This document shows positions 25,498 through 32,000 of a DNA stretch of 32,000 bases, piece after piece. The translations under genes and the position numbers were made by a program. The notes below the pieces were generated by a model. The model was given only the letters and a program-made list of their open reading frames with translations, made no database searches and was not told the DNA's origin. The stretch's first letter is position 1. The number at the start of each line of letters is the position of its first letter. The DNA lies in contig CP095464.1 in assembly GCA_021294815.2 (NCBI GenBank), forward strand, positions 690,001 through 722,000, read 5' to 3'. Source of the stretch: Verrucomicrobiota bacterium (GTDB lineage: Bacteria; Verrucomicrobiota; Verrucomicrobiia; Opitutales; LL51).

Positions 25498-27951
25498 TTG
25501 ATGAGACTTTTTCAGCGATTTTTTTGGCTCTTCATGAGCGGTTTCGTATGGGCTTGGGGTGACGGAATCACTCCCGCAGAAAAAGCCGCGGAATCCGAGG
25601 AGTTTGTCTTCAAAAACCCCGAGTTTTCATCCCTGGAACAGACTAGTACGATGCGTCTCGAAACCATCTGTATGATGAAATGCCTTGAGGAGGTTCACTA
25701 CGACCACCGGAAACTCAAAACTCTTGATTTTAAACAGGTTTTAACGGAGTATATCGAACGGATTGACGGCTCGAGGATGTTTTTTTTACAACCCGAGGTT
25801 GATGAGTTTATCAAGCGCTTCGCCTCAAGTCTCGATGTTTTTTTGAATGGTGGAAGTTTAACTCCAGGATTTTCGATTTTTGAGCTCTACCGCCAGAAAC
25901 TTGCTAGCCGCATCGAATGGATTTTTCAAAAAGTTCAGGCCAATGATTTTGAACTCGAAAGTCGTCGGAGCTACATCATGGATCGCGATAAAGAGCATTT
26001 TGTCGCGACGCAATCAGAGTTAGAGCAACTTTGGAAGGACCGGTTAAATTTTGAGATTGTTAACGAAATCATTCTTTCCGAAGCGGCAGAAGCGGGGCGG
26101 CTCCGTACGGCAATCGAACTATCACAAAAACCGGAAGAGCGCACACTGGGGCGTTTGTTGAAATATAGTTTCAAAACCGCGGAACGGGCTAAAGTTCTTT
26201 CTCTCAAGACTCCGCGTGCTCGGCCTTTACAGCGACCGGTTGTCGGCACTACATCACTTCTTTTTAAGTCCTATCGCTCGCGGATCGATCCCTGTTGTAT
26301 TAAAAACCTGATCTGTTTTCTTCACGACGATGGTACCGATGTGTCTTTGCCGATGACGTTACCGGAAAAAATCGAAGCGGCGAAAAAAGAAATACTGCGG
26401 CGTTATAAGAGTTTGTTGCGCAATATTGCTTGTGTTGAGCCGTGGATGGTACAGGAACGGTTTTTGAATAGCGTTGCGATGACATACGATCCGCACACGG
26501 TCTTCATGGGGCGCGAATCGATGGAAGACCTTCGGATGTCGCTGCACCACTCGTTTGTCGGAATTGGTGCGCAGTTAGGGGATGAAAATGGGAGCTGTGT
26601 TGTACGTGAGTTATTCCCTGGAGGACCTGCTGCATGTAGTGGTGAGTTCCAGGTCGGTGACAAAATCGTGGCAGTAGCGCAGGGCGACGAGCCAGCCGTC
26701 GATGTTTCGGGAATGCTTCTGACGCGCATTACAAAGCTGCTTCGAGGCAAAAAGGGGACAACGGTTCGCGTTACATTACAGCCTACAGGGGACATCAGTG
26801 CACGCAAAGTCGTAACCCTTGTTCGCGCAGAAGTCGAGCTCGATGAGAGTCGGGCAAGTGCGAAATTTTTCAATACCGAAAAGGGACACAAGGTGGGCGT
26901 TATTGCGCTCCCCGCGTTTTATGGCAACAGTTCGGGTGACGATAACCAACAGTCCAACAGCGCAACCGATTTAGTCGCGTTAATCAATAAACTGAAAGCA
27001 AAAGAGGTTCAGGGCATTGTACTAGATCTACGCGAAAATGGGGGAGGATTTCTCGAACAATCGATTTTAGTCGGCGGAATTTTTGCTCAGGGACCGATCG
27101 TGCAAGTCCGAGGGCAATACGGCAATATCGAGCGTTTTTCAACGCAAAAAACTGCGGGATTGGGATGGGATGGGCCGATGGTAGTCCTCGTCTCCCGGAT
27201 GAGTGCCTCAGCGGCGGAAATTTTAGCTGGAGCACTAAAAGATCTCAATCGAGCGTTAATTGTGGGCGATCAAAATACGCACGGGAAAGGGACTGTTCAG
27301 GTACTTTTGCCAATGGAACAGCTTTTCCCGAAGTTTAAATACAAAGAAGACCTCGGGGCTTCAGCAGTGACGACGCAAAAGTGGTATCTTCCGAGTGGCC
27401 AGTCGACACAAATTAAGGGCGTCGCATCTGATATCGTTTTCCCTTCGTTTGACGCACTTTTACCGATTGGCGAGGGGGATTTACCTCACGCGATCGCCTG
27501 GGACACCATTGATCGTGCCGAGTATACCCCAGGTAGTCAGTTGACGGAGACTACGACCGCGGCATTGCGCGAAAAAAGTCTACATCGGCAAGAGGATCTA
27601 TCGGAGTTTCAGGTCCTCAAAGAACGGATTGCGATGCTCCAGAAGGTCGTCGATACCAAGGCTTATCCGGAAAGTCTCACTCAACGCCGCCAAGAGCGGA
27701 AGGAGAATGAATTAGCACAGCAGGTCGTCGATGCCCGAATTAAAGAATTGCTTAAAAGTAACCCTTCCTATGAAAAAATCTTGCTCGATGATGCCGCTGA
27801 GCGCGAAAAATCTGGGAAACCGAGAGTTGTAGCGAAGAAAAAATCCAAGCACAAGAAGAATGATTCGATTGATACTCACCTTCGTGAAAGCCTCCGAATC
27901 ATGGATGATTTCCTTCAGTTAACCGAAACGGCGACTGCCGAAAATATATAA
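25498..27951 (+). CDS. prc: S41-family carboxy-terminal (tail-specific) processing protease, Prc/Tsp type
   Basis: It has a signal-like N-terminus (FFWLFMSGFVWAWG), a Prc N-terminal helical domain, a PDZ domain (GIGAQLGDENGSCVVRELFPGGPAACSGEFQVGDKIVAV), the catalytic Ser context SRMSASAAEILAGAL and the Lys context THGKGTVQ. Confidence 0.85.
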   Translation: MMRLFQRFFWLFMSGFVWAWGDGITPAEKAAESEEFVFKNPEFSSLEQTSTMRLETICMMKCLEEVHYDHRKLKTLDFKQVLTEYIERIDGSRMFFLQPEVDEFIKRFASSLDVFLNGGSLTPGFSIFELYRQKLASRIEWIFQKVQANDFELESRRSYIMDRDKEHFVATQSELEQLWKDRLNFEIVNEIILSEAAEAGRLRTAIELSQKPEERTLGRLLKYSFKTAERAKVLSLKTPRARPLQRPVVGTTSLLFKSYRSRIDPCCIKNLICFLHDDGTDVSLPMTLPEKIEAAKKEILRRYKSLLRNIACVEPWMVQERFLNSVAMTYDPHTVFMGRESMEDLRMSLHHSFVGIGAQLGDENGSCVVRELFPGGPAACSGEFQVGDKIVAVAQGDEPAVDVSGMLLTRITKLLRGKKGTTVRVTLQPTGDISARKVVTLVRAEVELDESRASAKFFNTEKGHKVGVIALPAFYGNSSGDDNQQSNSATDLVALINKLKAKEVQGIVLDLRENGGGFLEQSILVGGIFAQGPIVQVRGQYGNIERFSTQKTAGLGWDGPMVVLVSRMSASAAEILAGALKDLNRALIVGDQNTHGKGTVQVLLPMEQLFPKFKYKEDLGASAVTTQKWYLPSGQSTQIKGVASDIVFPSFDALLPIGEGDLPHAIAWDTIDRAEYTPGSQLTETTTAALREKSLHRQEDLSEFQVLKERIAMLQKVVDTKAYPESLTQRRQERKENELAQQVVDARIKELLKSNPSYEKILLDDAAEREKSGKPRVVAKKKSKHKKNDSIDTHLRESLRIMDDFLQLTETATAENI

Positions 27952-27954
27952 ATT

Positions 27955-28857
27955 GTGAGATTACCGCAAAAGTTACAGGCGATTTATCCGTTTAAAAGCC
28001 ACTTTATCGCGATGCCCGATGGCAACCGCATTCACTATGTAGATGAAGGTGAGGGCGACGTGGTTTTCATGATTCACGGTAACCCGACATGGTCCTTTTA
28101 TTATCGCGATCTCATTCAGAAGCTGAAGTCGACGTTTCGTTGTATCGCAATCGATCATATGGGGTGTGGGCTTTCCGAGAAACCTCAAAAGTATCCCTAC
28201 ACGTTGGCGCAACATATTGCCAATGCGCGTAAGGTCATTGAGACGTTGTCGCTCAAACGCTTTCACTTTGTCATGCACGACTGGGGGTGTGCTGTCGGGA
28301 TGGCGTTAGCCGAGCGTTGGCCGGAACGTGTCGAGAGCCTAACGATTATGAATGGAGCGGCCTTTCATTCCTCACGGATTCCCGTGCGTATCAATTTTTG
28401 TCGGACACCGGTTTTGGGCGATCTGCTCATCCGAGGCCTCAATGCCTTTGTCCGGGGATCGAATCATATGTCGACGACGAAGGGCCTTGATGCTCTTACC
28501 GCCTATGGCTATCGATTCCCTTACAATTCCTGGAAAAATCGGGTTGCGATTCGGAAGTTTGTCGCGGATATCCCCTTATCGACGCGGCATCCCTCATGGA
28601 ATACATTGACGGAGATTGAAAATGCGCTTTTTCTTCTGAGCCAAAAGCGGATCCTACTCCTATGGGGTGAACGGGATTTCTGTTTTACGGAGTGGTTTTT
28701 AAAAGAATGGCAGAGTTTCTTCGAGCGTGCGGCGGTGATTCGATTTGAAGACTGTGGACATTATGTCTTGGAAGACGCCAAAGAGCCGGCACTTGATGCA
28801 ATTTACAACTTCATTGTCCATGCGCGTAAGCCTGACGTGACGCTGTACCGGATGTAG
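27955..28857 (+). CDS. alpha/beta-fold hydrolase, haloalkane-dehalogenase-like subfamily
   Basis: Motifs present: IHGNPTWSFYYRDLI, the nucleophile elbow with Asp (VMHDWGCAVG), and the C-terminal CGHYVLEDA (catalytic His). Length is 300 aa and the start is GTG. Confidence 0.8.
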   Translation: MRLPQKLQAIYPFKSHFIAMPDGNRIHYVDEGEGDVVFMIHGNPTWSFYYRDLIQKLKSTFRCIAIDHMGCGLSEKPQKYPYTLAQHIANARKVIETLSLKRFHFVMHDWGCAVGMALAERWPERVESLTIMNGAAFHSSRIPVRINFCRTPVLGDLLIRGLNAFVRGSNHMSTTKGLDALTAYGYRFPYNSWKNRVAIRKFVADIPLSTRHPSWNTLTEIENALFLLSQKRILLLWGERDFCFTEWFLKEWQSFFERAAVIRFEDCGHYVLEDAKEPALDAIYNFIVHARKPDVTLYRM

Positions 28858-28896
28858 GCTCGACATCGGCACGGGTAGTTTTACATTAGGTGCTGC

Positions 28897-30264
28897 ATGT
28901 TTTTTGAAGATCTTAATCCCGAACGTGATATCGGCGCAAATTGTAGCTATGTCAGAATCGGGCCGTTCCATTTTGTTATCGATTCGGGGATGAGTCCTCG
29001 CGAGACGGGATTGAAGGCGCTCCCAAACCTCGACGCGATTACCCCTTACTCTTTAGACTTTGTCATTGCGACGCATTGCCACCTCGATCATATCGGGTCG
29101 ATCCCCGTTTTAATGCGCCAACAGCCTCAGGCGCGCCTCCTTGTCACGCCCCAATCGCGCGAATTAATGCCGGTTTTGTTAGAAAACAGTCACACGGTGA
29201 TGAAGCGGCAACACAAAGAGCTGGGCGTCAAAGAGTACCCGCTATATACGCTCGATGAAATCAACCGCCTGAACGAGCACTACTTTGAGATGAAGTACGG
29301 TGTTCCGCGCATCTTTCGTAAGGGCGATGAAAAAATCGAGATCCAGTTTCTAGACGCAGGGCATGTCGCTGGTGCCGCGGGCGTATTGATCGAGTACAAG
29401 CACCGCAAAATCTTCTTTACGGGCGATGTTCTATTCCGTCAACAAAAAATCTTACCAGGGGCTTCCTGGCCAAAGCAAAAAGTCGATACGCTGGTTATGG
29501 AAACAACCCGCGGTGTGACGGAGCGGACGGAAGAGCACAAAGTTTATGCCGAGATTGAGCACCTTATTGCGACGATCCACCATACGCTACAAAATGGGGG
29601 ATCGGTCCTTATTCCAACGTTTGCATTTGGTCGGACTCAAGAGATTTTGACGATTCTACATGATGCGGTAAAGGCGAAGCAGCTCAGTGCCAAAACACCC
29701 ATTGTTTGTTCGGGACTCGGGCTCGCGATTGTCGATGCATTTGACGAAATCGCCAAAAAATACCCCTCATTGCGCTTCCGGAAAAGCGTTTTGAAGGACC
29801 TCGGCGTTATGTCGCTCAACAAGATCAAATACCTCAAACCCGGAGATGTACCCGATAAGCCAACAATTTTTGTCGTCAGTAGCGGTATGATGGTGGAAAA
29901 TACGCCTTCTTACAACATCGCGGCTTGTCTACTGAGTGATCCCAAAAATTCCATCTGTTTTGTCGGCTATTGCGATCCCGAAACCCCCGGGGGACACCTG
30001 TTAGCGTCGCCATCGGGAAGCCCTTTTCTCTTTTCCGCGCTCAACTACAGCACCAATGTCCGTGCAAATATTGAGCGTTTTGATCTTAGCGGTCACGCCG
30101 ATCGCGAGGAACTTTTGAGGGCGGCGATTAAGCTCGATCCCCGAGCGATTGTTCTCACCCACGGCAATGATGATTCGCGTAACTGGTTCCTCGATGAGTT
30201 AACCTACCTCGCGCCGCACATCAGCGTCCTCAATCCCGAGGTCATGACGCCTTACGAGGTTTAA
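28897..30264 (+). CDS. MBL-fold beta-CASP family hydrolase (probable ribonuclease, CPSF73/TTHA0252-like)
   Basis: MBL motifs: HCHLDHIGSIP, DAGHVAGAAG, FTGDV. Beta-CASP motifs: A (METTRG), B (LSGHADREEL), C (VLTHGN). At 455 aa it is shorter than RNase J. Confidence 0.8.
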   Translation: MFFEDLNPERDIGANCSYVRIGPFHFVIDSGMSPRETGLKALPNLDAITPYSLDFVIATHCHLDHIGSIPVLMRQQPQARLLVTPQSRELMPVLLENSHTVMKRQHKELGVKEYPLYTLDEINRLNEHYFEMKYGVPRIFRKGDEKIEIQFLDAGHVAGAAGVLIEYKHRKIFFTGDVLFRQQKILPGASWPKQKVDTLVMETTRGVTERTEEHKVYAEIEHLIATIHHTLQNGGSVLIPTFAFGRTQEILTILHDAVKAKQLSAKTPIVCSGLGLAIVDAFDEIAKKYPSLRFRKSVLKDLGVMSLNKIKYLKPGDVPDKPTIFVVSSGMMVENTPSYNIAACLLSDPKNSICFVGYCDPETPGGHLLASPSGSPFLFSALNYSTNVRANIERFDLSGHADREELLRAAIKLDPRAIVLTHGNDDSRNWFLDELTYLAPHISVLNPEVMTPYEV

Positions 30265-30447
30265 AAAATTTTTTAGCGGCAATTATATGCATTTGGGGTC
30301 TTGACAAAGCCTAGAGCAGCCCCTTGTAGGCAAAAAATCATTTTGGTGCTGTGAATAACTTTCTTTTCGCAACTCAAAAGTGAGCTCTGGATCGCAAAAT
30401 TTCCGGTGAATAAGATTTTCTAAAAAATCCTCGCATTTCGCTTTGAG

Positions 30448-30463
30448 ATACTATATATTCTAT
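30448..30463 (+). promoter_or_regulatory. NrdR-box-like palindrome 1 (ATACTATATATTCTAT)
   Basis: It matches 13 of 16 positions of the NrdR-box consensus as I recall it (acaCwAtATaTwGtgt). It is embedded in a 22-bp imperfect palindrome, GAGATACTATATATTCTATCTC (30445-30466). Confidence 0.5.
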
Positions 30464-30479
30464 CTCGTTTCGATAGAAG

Positions 30480-30495
30480 CCACTAGATATAGTAT
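30480..30495 (+). promoter_or_regulatory. NrdR-box-like palindrome 2 (CCACTAGATATAGTAT)
   Basis: It matches 13 of 16 positions of the same consensus. Its centre is 32 bp from the centre of box 1. Its right half ATATAGTAT is the exact inverse of the box 1 left half ATACTATAT. It ends 15 nt before the nrdD ATG. Confidence 0.5.
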
Positions 30496-30509
30496 TTAAG
30501 GATTAAAAG

Positions 30510-32000
30510 ATGATTAGCCAAACATTGAGTCAAAAAGTGAAATTTGATACCACCATCGAGCCGGAGGACGTGTTGCGTTTGCAGGTCTATCAGATGTTGT
30601 TGGAGATTGGAACCACGACGGAGGAATTCGGTTCAGAAGTCGCCGAGCAGTTAACCGGTGCGGTTTTTGTTCAACTGGGTGCGGCACATGCCGATACTTT
30701 ATCCGAGCTCGAAAATACTATCGAGACGGTTTTGTTACAGTCGCCGTATCATAAGAGTGCAAAGCATGCGATTTTAGTACGTGATCGCCGGAATCGAACC
30801 GCAGATCTTGTGAAAGAGGCAGAGATTGATAAAGTAGATCAGTATTTGTCTAAGCTCGATTGGGAGGTCCGTGAAAACAGCAACATGCGTTATTCGCTCC
30901 AAGGGCTCAATCAGTACCTTGCGGGATCGATCTCGAAAACGTACTGGCTTAATAAGGTGTATCCACAAGCGGTCCGTGAGGCGTACGAATCTGGCGATTT
31001 CCACCTTCATGATCTCTCGCAATTATCGGTTTATTGTGTTGGCTGGGATTTAGCGGATTTGCTCAAAGAGGGGTTTGGAGGTGTTCATGGCAAGCTTGAG
31101 TCGAAGCCCGCGAAGCATTTTAGAACGGCATTAGGACAGGTTGTCAACTTTTTCTACACCTTACAAGGTGAGGCCGCAGGAGCACAGGCATTTTCCAATT
31201 TTGATACCCTTTTGGCGCCTTTCATCCGTTTTGATGGTTTAACCGAAGAACAGGTCGAGCAAGCGCTTCAAGAGTTTGTTTTTAACATCAATGTACCGAC
31301 GCGGGTCGGTTTCCAGACGCCATTTACAAATGTAACGCTCGATCTCTTTTGTCCGGCGCACCTCAAGGACGAACCGGTGATTATCGGTGGCAAACTGCAG
31401 GAACAGAAGTACGGTGAATTCCAGAAGGAAATTGATCTTTTTGATCGTGCGTTCTTCAAAGTTCTAGCGCAGGGCGATGCGAAGGGTCGTGTGATGACCT
31501 TCCCGATTCCGACGATTAGCGTTACCCGAGATTTCGATTGGGATAGTGAGAATCTCAAGGGACTTTGGGAAATTACTGGCAAGTACGGGATCCCGTATTT
31601 TTCGAATTTCGTCAATTCGGATATGAATCCGGAAGATGTACGTTCGATGTGCTGTCGTTTGCGGATCGATAATACAGAGTTACGGCGTAAAGGTGGAGGA
31701 TTATTCGGTGCGAATCCGTTGACAGGAAGTGTCGGCATTGTGACGATCAATCTACCGCGTCTTGGATTTTTATCGGCGACGAAAGAGGAGTTTTTCGATC
31801 GTCTGACGAAGTTAATGGTGTTGGCGAAAGAGAGTTTAGAAATTAAGCGCGCACTTTTGGAAAAACTCACGGATGCAGGGCTCTATCCGTACACATCTTT
31901 TTACTTAAAGAGTATCAAACAGCGTTTTGGGTGCTATTGGAGTAACCACTTCTCGACGATCGGGATTGTTGGAATGAATGAAGCATGTTTAAATCTGTTG
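30510..32000 (+). CDS. nrdD: anaerobic ribonucleoside-triphosphate reductase (class III), N-terminal ~497 codons (continues past the window end)
   Basis: Not in the ORF track because there is no stop in the window. Hand translation from ATG 30510 stays open to base 32000 and gives ...GDFHLHDLSQLSVYCVGWDL...FYTLQGEAAGAQAFSNFDTLLAPF...QTPFTNVTLD...GRVMTFPIPTI...GIPYFSNFVNSDMNPEDVRSMCCRLRID...GGGLFGANPLTGSVGIVTINLPRLG.... These are blocks I recognise as NrdD. An AAGGA lies about 8 nt upstream of the ATG. Confidence 0.9.
   Translation, partial: MISQTLSQKVKFDTTIEPEDVLRLQVYQMLLEIGTTTEEFGSEVAEQLTGAVFVQLGAAHADTLSELENTIETVLLQSPYHKSAKHAILVRDRRNRTADLVKEAEIDKVDQYLSKLDWEVRENSNMRYSLQGLNQYLAGSISKTYWLNKVYPQAVREAYESGDFHLHDLSQLSVYCVGWDLADLLKEGFGGVHGKLESKPAKHFRTALGQVVNFFYTLQGEAAGAQAFSNFDTLLAPFIRFDGLTEEQVEQALQEFVFNINVPTRVGFQTPFTNVTLDLFCPAHLKDEPVIIGGKLQEQKYGEFQKEIDLFDRAFFKVLAQGDAKGRVMTFPIPTISVTRDFDWDSENLKGLWEITGKYGIPYFSNFVNSDMNPEDVRSMCCRLRIDNTELRRKGGGLFGANPLTGSVGIVTINLPRLGFLSATKEEFFDRLTKLMVLAKESLEIKRALLEKLTDAGLYPYTSFYLKSIKQRFGCYWSNHFSTIGIVGMNEACLNLL

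Noticed and set aside
26403-26891. 162-aa minus-strand ORF inside the protease gene. Similar antisense ORFs occur at 11796-12248, 6747-7175, 18443-18871, 10805-11191 and 11146-11517.
   Set aside because: All are embedded antisense in genes with clear family motifs. They are Arg/Ser/Pro-rich with no recognisable domains. I treat them as shadow ORFs.
30262-30275. Perfect 14-bp palindrome TAAAAAATTTTTTA at the stop codon of the beta-CASP gene, considered as a terminator
   Set aside because: An A/T-only stem would be too unstable for an intrinsic terminator. It is more likely just AT-rich spacer.
30458-30478. 7-bp hairpin TTCTATC-N7-GATAGAA between the two NrdR-like boxes
   Set aside because: It overlaps the palindromic right half of box 1 and is probably a by-product of that symmetry. 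There is no independent evidence of function.
30330-30500. Possible cobalamin riboswitch upstream of nrdD, suggested by GGTGC, CCGGTGAATAAG and a GCCACT B12-box-like string
   Set aside because: These are only short scattered matches. The region is AT-rich and lacks the GC-rich core helices and the full B12 box. The GCCACT string is part of NrdR-like box 2.
31268-31870. 200-aa minus-strand ORF, the longest antisense ORF in the window
   Set aside because: It is antisense to the strongly conserved nrdD reading frame. Its product is Ser/Arg/Lys-rich and low-complexity with no motifs. Long shadow ORFs are expected opposite highly biased coding frames.

Overview
This is a dense, mostly co-linear housekeeping region from a Gram-negative-type bacterium. 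About 96% of bases lie inside longest-ORF or tRNA coordinates, and many genes overlap at their start and stop codons. I call 29 protein genes and 2 tRNAs. In order they are: partial trpS(-), a GlpT/UhpC-type antiporter, rpsR, Sua5/TsaC, kdsD, a YqgE/AlgH-family gene, yidC, a YebC-family gene, the membrane pyrophosphatase hppA, a CPBP protease(-), a 3beta-HSD/epimerase-family reductase, murJ, glmM, a TPR-like hypothetical, rdgB, tRNA-Val(UAC)(-), an LptD-like outer-membrane protein, miaA, a small polytopic membrane protein, argS and xerD. A minus-strand block follows: exbD, exbB, a sigma-54 response regulator, an unknown protein and tRNA-Gly(CCC). The window ends with a tail-specific protease, a haloalkane-dehalogenase-like alpha/beta hydrolase, a beta-CASP MBL nuclease and the first ~1.5 kb of anaerobic ribonucleotide reductase nrdD. 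The two edge genes, trpS and nrdD, are absent from the ORF track because they have no stop in the window, so I translated them by hand. I saw no CRISPR array, transposase, phage-type integrase, toxin-antitoxin pair, recognisable defence gene or long repeat. I do not see a clear novel multi-gene system here. The most unusual locus is 22.2-25.2 kb, where an unassignable acidic protein is translationally coupled to a sigma-54 activator that lacks a DNA-binding domain and has no adjacent kinase, followed by an ExbB/ExbD pair with no TonB/TolA partner. The second point of interest is a pair of NrdR-box-like palindromes 32 bp apart just upstream of nrdD. Lineage cannot be assigned from this sequence alone. 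kdsD, the LptD-like protein, exbBD and murJ indicate a diderm envelope, and nrdD indicates anaerobic capability. The DBD-less NtrC-type regulator and the UhpC-like transporter are reminiscent of Chlamydiae/PVC bacteria, but that is weak inference. Coordinates I derived by hand (tRNAs, motifs, hairpins) could be off by about 1 nt.
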